From positions 12,772,001 to 12,836,000 of the forward strand of contig JBHGNT010000021.1 of assembly GCA_043228905.1 (NCBI GenBank): 64,000 nt of DNA. Direction: 5' to 3'. Origin of the DNA: Azolla caroliniana. Its lineage: Eukaryota; Plantae; Polypodiophyta. A program made the position numbers and the translations under genes. Positions 38,401 to 50,540 of the stretch are shown piece after piece. The notes beneath the pieces were generated by a model. That model searched no databases, was not told the origin of the DNA, and worked only from the letters and a program-made list of their open reading frames with translations. How positions within the stretch are numbered: position 1 is the stretch's first letter; each line of letters starts with the position of its first letter.

Positions 38401-40607
38401 GGTTGGTGGCTCTTCCGTGACTTCCTCGTCTTTAGATGGCTCGAAGGTTGGTAAGGCATTGATTTCGAAGAGAGGAATGATCGTGGGATGATCATCTAGG
38501 AAGTCATCGACCTCCACATCGGCCAATCCGTCGAGCATATGGACTCCTTCCGCGTATAACGGCGAAGTGTTGAGGGCGACGGGGACTCGTTCTTCAGTGA
38601 TGATCCGGACTTTTGTCTTCCCTTTTCGGAATGAGATCATGTTGCGCTGCCAATGTTGCTTGATATTCGTTGTACGCAACCATGGTCGACCTAGTAACAT
38701 TGGGTATGCACCTTGTGTCTCCAGTCTTAGCACGACGGCCGAGATCGTGAACATGTGTCCTCCGAGTGTGAAGTCGAGATGGCGGATTAAACCAATGGGG
38801 CGAACGGAGCGGGTGTCGGCCATCCGAAGCCAAAAGGGGCATGGTTCCCATTGATTCAGGCCGAGTTTGAGACACGTTGATTCGCTAATAACGTTTACAC
38901 CGGACCCGCTGTCGATGATGCATCCTTGCAGGTCTTGTCCCTTAATGATGATTCGTACGGCTGGGTTCTGAGAATCCATGAGTGGTGGACCAGTACCTGC
39001 GTCGGTGAGGTGTACCGGTGGTGTCTCGGTCTTAGTATTGGCCTGTAGTGCCGCCAGGGTGTCCCGAAATCTCGGCATGAGTGGTAGCAGTTTATGTAAG
39101 GGCAGCGAGATGCGGGAATTGGTAAGCGCATCCCATAGTTGGTTGTCCTCCGACGACGTGGGTGGGGCCGAGGTGTGTGGTACTTCATTGGGCCCGTCCC
39201 TCATGTCAGTTTGCATGCGTGCGGCATTATTTTTATTGGCCGTGTCGACCCATTCTTTTGTTGCCTGTCATACTTCATCCTAGATTTGCCACTGAGTAGG
39301 CTGTGCTTTACTCCGGGTAGTGACCGTTTGCACATCGGCCATGATACTGTTTACCGCGGGTGCCTTGCCACGGTTGGTTGCCGGACATTGCGTGGCGTAG
39401 TGGCCTGGTTGGTTACATTTAAAACATGTCACGTTGGCCGAGCTACTGGTGTCTGCTCGGTCTGTGTGTGGGAGTTGTTGTTGTGGATCCTCGGTCTCGT
39501 TTAGTGAAGGGTTGTTCCGAGGAGTGTTGGAGTTGCGCTGGTCCTGTTGAGGAGCATCCCGTCGGCGGTTGTGATTAGGTCTTCTGTTGTTGCGTGTGTT
39601 ACGATTGTCGTTTCGCCGATCCATGCGTGAGTTCCTTCGGTCATACCGGTCATCGCGATCGTCATCGTACTGAGCATAATCGTCGTTCCGGTCATCGCGA
39701 TAATAATCACGGCGATTATCACGTTGATAGTCGTCGTTTCGGCGCCATCGATCCGGGGATCGCGGTTGGTCCTTATCCTGGTCGCGGTAGATGTATCGCT
39801 CGTCCTGCCGAGAGTATGTATTGTGTGGCTCAATCTGGCGGACCGGTGCTACCGTTGTGCGGTTCAGCATATTATATTCGCATTGCTCGACCGTGTGAGC
39901 TCGAGACTGACAGATCGGACACTGTGGTCGGTGGGGACATTCGAGGGCCAGGTGCCCTGATCCTGAACACGCAGTGCATTGGAGGGCTTGGCGAAAGCGA
40001 TTGTCCTCTTGGGGAAGAGTGGTTTGCAAGGATGTCATCAAGAAGGTTGTGTCGTGCTGGTTCCGATCGAGGGCGAGAACGCGCGCTATGACTTGTTCGA
40101 TAGTATGGTTGGCGAAATTTGTAAGTGCGAGGGCGTTCGTAGAGGCTCTCGTAAACTGGATAGGAAAGTGTTCGGTATATGTTGTGCCGAGACATCATCG
40201 GCCACTTGTCTATAGAGGTCCTGGAACCGGATTGTGAACTGGGCGACCGTTTCGTGTGGTTCCTGGCATATAGAGAAGAATTGTCGTAGTAGTTCCCGTT
40301 TAGGCACCTCGCGATGAAAAAGTTCAGGGAACTTTGTGCGCACGATTTGGAAGGTGGTGGCCTCTCCTATTTCGAGATGAGAGTACCATCGTGCGACCAG
40401 TCCTTCGAGGGAGAGTGTGAACTCGGCAATCTTCGATGCATCGATTTCGGCCGGTGTGAGGCGGTGCGTGGAGTGGTTAGCTGCCACGTGGATATGAAGG
40501 CACGGCATGATGTCGTATTGTGGTTCTTCTGGTAGCACCGGAAAAGGGTTTGGTTCCGGTTGATTGACCTCCGGAGGGCTCGATGGGGGCTCTGGTGGTG
40601 AATCCAC
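35422..40607 (-). pseudogene. gag-pol of element H
   Basis: Three CCHC knuckles; PR IIDSGSGVN; RT WLSPIVVVPKKNGKIRVCVDYRKLN...FMQVFLDDF; RH VFVDALDIAIG; INT GHYAG...CDLC, SDQGGHF, YYPQANGLAE. Confidence 0.93.
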
Positions 40608-40813
40608 TCACGATCGAGTGTCCAGTGGCGAGGATTGCACTGGACAAGCCCCCAATTGATCGGGAAAGGATTGGTCAGTGACCGCTGAGTCGGAAGTTCC
40701 TTCGACTGGCTCAGGGCGTCGGGCAGGTGGCCGAGACCTCGTGGTGCGAGAGGGCACCGTAACGACGGCTGGTGGTTACCTTCAACGAAGTTCGTTGTGC
40801 ACTCACATCTATA

Positions 40814-40826
40814 ACCGGGCGTGCCA
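40814..40826 (-). promoter_or_regulatory. Canonical PBS (tRNA-Arg) of element H
   Basis: TGGCACGCCCGGT, 5 nt after the 5' LTR end (...GGGTAACA CAATT). Confidence 0.8.
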
Positions 40827-43800
40827 AATTGTGTTACCCGTTCCTTTGGGCGAACACCTTTGATAGATCTGCGACTATCGGTCTTCAAGGGCGTGGTACG
40901 TGAAGGCTCGTACAGAGGCGTTGAGAGAGATACAGGGTTCAGAGAGAAAACACTAGCGAGTTTTTTATAGACGTGGCGGCGTGAAACTCATAGGTATAGA
41001 TCGAAACACAGAATCATGCAACCAAAATAGGCACAAATAAGATGTATTACTCTGGCAGAAAGGATTACAGAACACGGCCTCTGGCCGGTGACCTTACAAG
41101 TTTATCTAATTCGAATGACTAAGCTAGTGCTTCCGCCTATAATTTTCTTCTCTCTCTTTCTGAGGTATTGTTCCTCGTTTAAATAACTTTTCCTCTTACA
41201 CACAGTCGAGCCCTTGGTGGCCCGTGACACTCGGACTCGATGTCTGCTAATTTCCTAATTTTACATTTCTGTCCTCCAGACAACACAGGATGAAGACGAT
41301 CAGACTTTCAAAATTGCTTCTTACATAGAGAGAATTGTCGGATTTTGACATTTGAAAGCCGATTCGATGAAGATATTGTGTTATCTTCGAGTGCCAAGCA
41401 CATGGTGCTTGCTTAAGGCCATAGAGAGGCCTCTTGAGTCGGCCAACGTCTTTCGGATGAATGTTGGATTCGAAGCCAAGTGGTTGTATCATGTACACCT
41501 CCTCTTCTAGTTCACCTTGAAGAAAGGCATTCTTGACATCCATTTGGTGGAGGTGCCACCCTTTCGCCACTGCAAGTGCGATCACAGTCCGCACAGTCGT
41601 CATCTTTGCCACCAGGGCAAAGGTCTCTTCATAGTCGACGCCCTGTGTTTGTGCGTAGCCCTTTGCTACAAGTCGAGCTTTGTAGAGGTTGACGGAACCG
41701 TCGGCATTATACTTCACTTTGTATATCCATCTACAGCTGATTGCCTTCTTGTGCGATGAGTGAGGGACGAGATCCCATGTCTCATTCTTGCTGAGAGCTT
41801 GCATCTCCTTGTTTATCGCTTCGACCCATCGCGGATCTTTAGCAACTTCGGCAAAGCTCTCCGGCTCTCAAACTGCTGCCACCTTCATCATAAAGGCATA
41901 GTGGTATGCCATATAGTCGTTGTAGCCGAAATGGCTAACCGGATTCTTCTCTTGGGTGGAGTGACGGAGTTTCCCATTTGCCGATGTGAGTGCTTTCTCA
42001 ACTCCGGGTGACCTCATAAGAGGCACATCAAATCCATCGAACTCACTATCGAGTAAATGAGTCGATTCGTTGTCGTCGAAGTGATCGTCTTCATATTCTG
42101 GCATTGTGGCATTCCCTTTGTCCATCTTTGGACTTGGCCGAGATGAGCTTTGGTTGCTCAGAGGCTCTTGTGGTCTGCTCAATCTGGTTGAGATCAGACT
42201 CTCTTCAAGTATTGACCTTAGTTGATCATCATCTTCTGTGTTGTCGAGGTCGTTCATAGATGGTTCGGGAGGAGTCGGCTCAGGTTTGTACCTTGATGTT
42301 GATTCGTCAAAGACGACATCCTGACTTACACAAGTCTTCCGAGTAGAGCGGTTGAAGCACTTGTACCCCTTTTGCTCCAGTGAGTACTCCACGAGGATGC
42401 ACTTCTCTGATTTTGGGTCAAGCTTCTACCGCTTCTCATCGGGAATGTGCACGTATGTAATGGAGCCGAATATCCTTACATGGGATAGATCTGGCTTCTT
42501 CCCATAGTATTTCTCGTGCGGGGTGACCTCGTGCACTCCGGATGTTGTGCACCAGTTCATGAGGTAGACGACGGTATTTGCAGCTTCTGCCCAATATGAC
42601 TTGGGCATATGCTTCTCATTTAGCATGGCCCTTGCTACTTCGAGGATGTGTCGATTCTTGCGTTCGGCTACACCATTCTGTTGTGGTGTGTGTTGGCAAG
42701 TGAATTCTCGCCGAATTCCTTCTTGTCAAAGGTATGTCGTGAACGCATCGGAGAAGTATTCCTTTCCTCCGTTTGACCAAAGACATTGTACATGACGCCC
42801 AGTTGTCTTTTCAACTTCGCTTTTGAAATTTTGGAAGTGTGTAAACACTTCGCTCTTCATCCTCATGGGGAAGATTCGTGTGTATCTAGAGAAGTCATCG
42901 ATGAAGGTAACATAGTACCGACATCCTCCGACGTAGCCATTTGTGTGCCGGTCCCCACACATCTGAGTGGACTACGTCCAATAGGCCTTTGCTAATGTTC
43001 CTCTCCTTCGGGAACGGGTGCCGATGTTGCTTGCCGAATTGGCATGCTTCACATACTCCTTCAATCTCGTTCTCTTTGAAGATTGGGAGCCCAACGACTA
43101 CTCCTTTCGATTGCATTGCCTTGAGTTTGTTGAGATTGATATGGCCGATTCTTTTATGCCATAGCTCTATGTCGGTGTCGGGTTTGAGGCCCTTTGCAAC
43201 ATGGCCGATTTTACCTCGTTCACTTCGAGGATAAACATTTGGCCTTCCCTTTGACCACGAGCAATTAGTCGGCCTTCCTTCTCGATGAAGAAACCTCCTT
43301 GGTTGAATCAAACTTGCATCCCTTGCTCCACAATTTGGCCGACTGAGACCAAATTCTTCGTTATGGTGGGTACATGTAAGACATTTTTTATGCAAGTTTG
43401 TTCACATTCTTTCCCGACTGGGACATTGCCGATATGCCGAATCGGATGAGTGGTGTCATCTCCGGTCTCGACATAACCGGGACGATCTGGCTCTCGAAGG
43501 TCTTTGAACCATTCTTGATGGGACGTCATATGGTTCGAAGCACCGGAGTCGACGAACCATACATCTTCCGGATTGGAGGCATTAATTGAAGTAGAGGCCG
43601 ACATAGAATTTGCTCTATGTCTCATTACAAACATTCCGCCATGATCTTCATAGTCGGAGTTTGTGGCGTAATTGGTGAGTTGTCGGCTTGTGGAAGCCAA
43701 CTCGCGCTTCTTCTTTCGGCACTCTTCTTCATGGTACATCACAAAGCTCCTTGATCTTCAATGTGTAGCTTGTGATGGACATATCCCTTTGTTGGATTTT

Positions 43801-44279
43801 CCCACACTTCCTTCGGCGTCTCGGCTTCTCGAATGTAACCGAGCATGTGGTCGTGAACACATGTCGCCAAGCAATACATTACTCGACTCGCCGCTTGCTC
43901 CCATGTAGCATAGTCGGCATCTTCCGGATTGGGTCAGGTTTCTTGTGCTCCCTTGATGTAACCCCAATAGCCTTGGCCGACAAGGTATTGGTGCATCTTG
44001 TACTCCTAAGATGCGAAGTTGTTTCGATCCAACTTCTCGCTAGGGAGAGCGCTCCCCATTTGAGTATTCATGGTGTTCGATGTAGATTTTCTTCTTCTTC
44101 TTCTCTCTTGAATACGAGTTATGTAGTTGCACTACGATAGTGATAAGCCGGTTCTTCTTGAACGTCAGTGTGGAGCACAACACACGCAAATGGGCTAGAT
44201 CGAGCTACCAAACCGCTCTAATACCATGCAAAGAATCGATGGTGATTCTTGTGCAGCAGAATAGACTAGAGATATGTGT

Positions 44280-44334
<55 letters not shown>

Positions 44335-44636
44335 AACACAAGATAGATAGATTTGAACAACAATAGAATACTCAAGAAGATGTTTATTACAAAGGAGATT
44401 AATCGACTTAATTACAAAGTAGGAGGAGAGTGCTTTATATAGTCACTCTCTCTCTTCATTAACTACCGAAGCTCATGGGTCATGGGGAATGTGAAAACTC
44501 ATTAGTTATGTGTCATAGAATATGATTCTATGACACATAGTTAATGTGTAGATAAGAGTGGTGACTTTTGACCTTTGAGTGTACACTCTCAAAGGTGTGT
44601 TCACACACTAGACTAGGTTGAGCTTGATTCTCAACA

Positions 44637-44737
44637 CGCCCCCTCAAGCTCAACTTTGGTTGGCTACTTCGGTTGATGTCCGCTTCGGCCCGTATCCAGT
44701 TCGGACGGTATCCGATACATCCGACTCGTATCCGACA
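44637..44737 (-). mobile_element. PPT and 3'-internal remnant abutting the outer end of the Copia G LTR
   Basis: Minus strand AGCTTGAGGGGGCG immediately before TGTTGAGAATC. Confidence 0.7.
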
Positions 44738-46790
44738 GAATAAAATTGAAACCTATATCCAACATTACAAATTTACCACATGTTGGCTTTTCATCATTCA
44801 TAGATCCTTCCCCCTTTTTATTTGTTGTTTCTAGGTGTCAAACCCCCTAACTCTTCCACTAGCAGTGATTGTCTTAATGTACTCCATTTTCTCTTTCGGT
44901 AATCACTTTGACCAAACTTTCAAGCTTTTGTAAAACTTGACCTTTTTATTTTTGTCACTTTCACATATAAGCAACTCATGGTCGTAAGCTCATTTTATAG
45001 CCTTTTTATTTAACAGTTGCAATCACATTGTTGAGTTTTTAATGTGAATTTATATCCACGTGGTTAGGACCACTAAGTAGAAGGAGGTGCCAAGCATGTA
45101 AAAGGATCAACGTTAAGCTTGTTACTTGTTCTTTCTACTTTATAGATGCATTGTTGATAACAATTAGACATGGTCCCTCCAAAGCTAAATATAATACGTC
45201 AAATGTAAGGATAATAACATTTTTAGAGGTAACCACATCATGCATTCAAGATCAAGGACCGAGTTATTTGTTTGGTCTTGGGCGAGTTTGCCAACTAATT
45301 TAGTGGACATGTCATTGCATTGTGAGATAGCCAATTCAATTTGTCTCATAGTACGTAAAATTCGTGTTTGTCTAGCATAATATTCATTTTCCTACGTTGG
45401 AAAACGAATGCGAATGTTATTCAAACATTCTTGTGTTTTTTTTTCCCCCTTTTTTTTGTTTTTTCCATTTATAGGCTTATTTACCTCATAATAAATAGAT
45501 AATCCAAAAGTATGGTATTTACCATTCTTTGAGGGTGTTTTTCTTACACGAATGGTTCAATCATTCGTGAATGCGAATGCACGTATGGTACGTATGGTTC
45601 ATACTATGGTTTGTCTTATTATTTATGACGAAACAAGTGACAATACATCGTACACAAATATAATATTTGCATCGGTAAATCACTAAACGGCATGCAAATA
45701 CATTGATAGTGTCAAATCCCAAAATAAGATTGGCCTAATATGTGAAGGCATACACATATGAGATAAAGAACATACACAATTCCATTATAAAGGAGCCTAT
45801 TATATATATTCAATCGTGCTATGATGGGAATCGTAACAAATAAAATTAGAAGCTCAAGCCATAATGTGACATGCATGTTTTGAAGCTTGTCTTACAAATC
45901 CGTTATAATGGCCACGATATTACTTTAAAATAAATTTATGGAACCTATAGAATAATGTGAATAAATGTAAAGGATTCTTAGATGTACAATGACCATACAA
46001 TGCTTAGATTGTCAAGAGGGAAATGAAATTTGTACTTTGTTAAATGTCGTATTTTGTAAACTAATGGATGCTAAATGGGATACCACATCTCAACATGTAA
46101 CCTTGAAAATTGTGCTAACACGATTAGCATAAATATCATCGATAGAGGACTTGCATAGATTGTAGAAATGTGTGTTAGTAAGATTTAAATCATGTAACCA
46201 TTAGGCCATTATTTTAATCAAGTGATGTTTTACTATAGCTAGGTCAATTCAACTGCTTTGATGGTATCCATGGTCAATAGTTCATAAAACATTTGTGCAT
46301 TGTTGTGTTGTTCATGTATAAGAAGTAAGCCCACAAAATGCTTTATTAATTATGTTTGTATGTTTGTATCTATGCTCAATAACCCACGCAAGGCTTGAGT
46401 GAATCACTCATGTACAAGTTTAAAAACCCACATAAGGTCTAATTAAGTGATTGTGTTGTTTGTCTTTATGCTCCATAGTCGACAAACGATTTATTGTAAG
46501 TTTACGTAGAAGAAGAAGACCAATGGTGTTAAAAACCCACTCCCAATAATGTGAACAACCTCATGTCTTGAGTGACCCTTGAGCAACTTTCATATAAAGC
46601 ATGCCCTTAAGGTGTGCTATGGGATTTGTCTATGTTCTATCCTGCCAAGTTACAAGCATTAGGAAACCCTTTATTTTATTTTATTTTATTTTCATAAAAA
46701 ATATCCTCCATTGGTATTACAATTAAAGTAAATAGTATACATATGTTCTGTTGCATCTGTTCAAAACTAATACAACACCTCCTCAACATA

Positions 46791-46970
46791 TCCATGAGAC
46801 GATATTTGAAACCATCATAGTGCTAGATGTTTTTTGTATAGTTTCTCCATTTCAAGCGTATCCTGAAATTAGACTAGTCCATTCCATGAGATGATATTTG
46901 AAACCATCAAAGTGCTAAATGTTTTTGGCACAATTTCTCCATTTCGAGCATATCCCGAATTTTAACTAGT
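46791..46970. repeat. ~92-bp diverged tandem duplication
   Basis: TCCATGAGA.GATATTTGAAACCATCA...ACTAGT occurs twice. Confidence 0.8.
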
Positions 46971-48853
46971 AAAAGGAAACCCATTATTCACAACTCAAAG
47001 GACTATAACATGGACAACTCCATTGACATGCGCCTAAAATGTTGGAAGATTGCAATATTAGTCACTTTAGGGGTGATGAAACCTCAAAGCCTTACAATAA
47101 AAACTATTTAGAGTGTATGACCCAAATTTAGTTGTGTATAAATGAGTCTAGCATTTTGTGGTTTACAACTTGTAAATACTTAGGACAAAGGATTCCTCCT
47201 TGGTTGCTAGGGTAAAATTAGTTGCCCTACAAATATATACATAGAACAAATAGGGTGGCGAATAAAAACTAATGAAACCTCAGTTGTGTTAGGAAATCAA
47301 TAGATCATTGTTAGTTCTTTTAGTAAGAGGACTGAGCGTAAAAAGGTATACCATATACCTGATTGTTAATCAATAAACAAATCCTTTTGAGAGATTTTTG
47401 TTTTTCTTGAGTATGACTAGCCACTCGATAATGAGAAATACAGAATATGGTAGAGAGTAGAAGCTCTACCTTCTACACTGTTTGGTCAGGTGAGTAGGTG
47501 GAATACATGAGCATAATTAAGAGACTGAGAGATTCTTGTCAGACCTTTTCTATACCACTACAATCAAGTAGAGCATCATAACCACATTTTTGAGTATTGG
47601 TTTTTACTTAAAAGAGGAATCATTATATTTCTCTTTAGAGAAAAACCATGACAAAAAGTATTAAGCTTTAAGGATCTAGGATCGGGAACTATGAGTATGA
47701 TGGAGCAAAACTCACATATGAAATTTGTCACCAAAATTTTATAGGACTACTTGAGTAATTTGTTATTGCTTTATGAATTTCCAACATCCAGTCCAATAGG
47801 TTTCACAGGCCTACTCAAGTTATGTGTTATTGCTTTGTGACTGGCCAATATATTTGAGACATCAAATAAAGCAAACATTTGTGAAATGGAAAAATGAAAG
47901 GAAGAAAAGGAAAGCAAATGTGAAGTACCATATTCATCATCAAATAAGCTTTGAATTGTCGGTAAATGACATAAATGATGCATGTAGACTAGGGATAGAA
48001 ATTGGGGTGTATTTCAAGGATGATGATACTTGGAAACAAGGTGTATGTATATAGGATTAGGATATCACCAAATTCATAGACCATGTAGATTTTATTACAA
48101 AACTAATAGGAGATTCTTAAATGGCGCAACAAAGTGTTGGCATGCACCATTTAAAACTTTGCATGACGGAAACACCAAAACTATCAATCAAGACATGGAA
48201 ATGGTCTGGTGATTTCTATTGTGATCATTGCAATTTAGGATTTCCTAGTGAAAATGATAGCAAGCCTAAAGGTTGGATTCACAATACACACAACAAAGTC
48301 ATATCTTCTTCTTTGAACCATTTCTCTTGGTCATCCACATCCATGCAATCTCGACGACGTTTTCTCTATTTTTCCGTCGTAGGGAGCAATTTCCATAGAG
48401 TATATATCACATTGCATTACATGTTGCACGCTTATTGTTCTTTTTCTACCAAGAGAACCAATGGTGCCATTTCTTCATCCACATGAATTTCGACTCATTT
48501 CCTAGAGCCTAGGCAAGAAATAATGAAGTTGGAAAATCCTACTCGTGCAACCAAAAACTTTGTCGGGTCATTCGAGACATGAGACTTGTGGCCAGTCATC
48601 AGGCATCTTAGTATCCCATCGAGCTGATGCAAACATGGGAAGAATGGTGAAACAAGATGGTCTTGAAATCTTGAGGTTAGGAGTTTGTGACTAAACACAA
48701 TGCAATGAACCCACGATTGCATCGGCGCAATCGAATTAGGTCTCAGCCATTGGAACCAATAAACTTATCGTGAGCAATACCGATCTTATAATGTCATGGA
48801 TTGTGGTTAGAGCACAAGACCACCTTTATATACATAATGTATGTATATGTCTT

Positions 48854-49144
48854 GGAAAAAAAGGAAAAAAAGAGAAAAAAAGGAAAAAAAGAGAAAAAAG
48901 GAAAAAAAGAGAAAAAAGGAAAAAAGAGAAAAAAGGAAAAAAGAGAAAAAAGGAAAAAAAGGGAAAAAAGGGAAAAAAGGGAAAAAAGGAAAAAAAAAAG
49001 GAAAAAAAAGAGGAAAAAAGGGAAAAAAGAGGAAAAAAGGGAAAAAAGGGAAAAGAGGAAAAAAAGGAAAAAAAAGGAGAAAAAGAGGAAAAAATAAAAA
49101 AAAGAAAAAAAAGAGGAAAAAAGAAAAAAGAAAAAAGAAAAAAA
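48854..49144 (+). repeat. ~290-bp polypurine A-rich simple repeat (G1-3 A6-8 units)
   Basis: Almost exclusively A/G; produces spurious Lys-rich and Phe-rich ORFs. Confidence 0.95.
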
Positions 49145-50338
49145 TTAAAGACACCAATGAATAAATAAATAAATGAAAAAAAGAATGGAATTGAATAAAC
49201 AAACATTCGTTTGCTCGGCCATGACTTCTTCTTCTTCTTCTTCTTCTTCTTCGTCTTCTTCTTTAATTCTTACTCATCCATCGTTCTGCAGAGGAAACGC
49301 TGTGTGATCTGATCTTCTCCTGCCAGTGAGTCTCCCCTCGATCTCTGTCATTTACTTTTTGTTTTGCTTTTTCATTTTTATTTTCTTACTCTTTTTTTTT
49401 TTTAGTGTATTGATTTCTGCAAGAAGCTCCCCATTGCTCCTCTCTGCAATTGCTTGTCAAGGTTTCCATTGCATCACAGATCCCTGCAAACTCAAAGAGG
49501 AGGAGGAGGAGGAGGAGGAGGAGGAGAATAAGACAGAGACTAAGAAGGAGAAGAAAGAGGAGGAAGAGCATTTTTATCAGTCCCATCTTTTCTCTTCCTT
49601 CATTCTGTTCCTGTGTGAGAATTTCCCACTCGATCTGCTTTTTCTTCGGGGACAGAAGCTCGTCATTGCTCTCCTATCATCCATAGCTTCATCCCAGATC
49701 CTGCCGATGTCAGGATAAGCAGGATCATCACCTTGCATCAGAAACTAGTGCACCGTTTAGTATTATCGTCTCTATCACTTTGGGGTTTCAAAAGAAGGGA
49801 GGCATTTGCACAAGGAACGTGTTTTCATCAGTAGATCATATTTTTCTTCCTTGATCTGCTTCTGTGAGTTAGTTTCTTCTTCGATCTCTGCAAATTAGGT
49901 TTTTTTTTTTGATCAAAAGAAGATCGCCATTTCTTTCTACAATCAGTGGCAAAGAGGAAGAAGAAAGATCTGATAATAGTCAGCTAGAGCACATTAGAGA
50001 ATGCACAAGCTATTCTCTTCTGGGGCATGGAGAGCTTCTCATAAACAAGAATGAGAGACAGGAACAGGGGAGATGGCGAGGGAAGAAGCTTGAAGAACAA
50101 ACCAAGTAGAGTATTGTCGGGCCGAGGAGGAGGAGGAGGAGGAGGAGGAGGAGGAGGAGGGAGAAAAAGAAAAAGAAGAAGCTCAAGTCACAAATAGCAT
50201 ATTGTGATCAATTATTCAGATCCTCCTCCTCCTCCTCCTCCTCCTCCTCCTCCTCCTCTTCCTCTTTGTGTGGGAGGAAAAGCCATAAAGAAAAGGCAGG
50301 CTTCCATCTCGTTTCCGTGGGAGGGAGAAAGAAGAAGA

Positions 50339-50540
50339 ATGCATGTCCACATCTCGCCGAGCATGAGTCGAATCACCATCTCCACTTCAGTTGGCTTCCT
50401 CGGCTTCGCGAAGCTCAGGCACCTGTCCCATCGCACCCGTTTCTTCTATTACGTCCTCGCCCTCGCCTTCATCCTTCCTGCCCTATTCATCATCACTGCC
50501 CTTGTGACACTCGAGAATGCGACACAATGCACTACCAAAG
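50339..50540 (+). CDS. GAUT: GAUT coding exon 1 (cytosolic tail + TM anchor)
   Basis: ATG 50339; donor G|GTGTGA, phase 1. Confidence 0.88.

Larger units (their letters stand above)
31996..41285 (-). mobile_element. Full-length non-chromovirus Ty3/Gypsy element H (Athila/OTA-like) with extra ORF, TSD CAGGA
   Basis: 454-bp near-identical LTRs 31996-32449 and 40832-41285; TSD 31991-31995 and 41286-41290; gag-PR-RT-RH-INT on the minus strand. Confidence 0.95.
31651..44636 (-). mobile_element. Ty1/Copia element G, interrupted by H and truncated by F
   Basis: LTR 44636-44227; PBS TGGTATTAGAGC 44226-44215; WFVDSGASNHM; HSDVWG; [12 protein letters not shown] (41287-41804) continuing ILYVDDLVI (31651-31995). 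Confidence 0.92.

Noticed and set aside
44760-48770. Possible DNA transposon or Helitron relic (GAATGCGAATG motifs, short ORFs at 47.8-48.7 kb)
   Set aside because: No TIRs, TSD or transposase motifs could be identified by eye; needs a repeat-library search.
48770-49206. Lys-rich and Phe-rich ORFs on both strands
   Set aside because: Translation artefacts of the polypurine simple repeat.
50204-50338. Poly-Pro N-terminal extension of GAUT in the ORF track
   Set aside because: Starts at GTG and derives from the (CCT)n tract; the family-typical start is ATG 50339.
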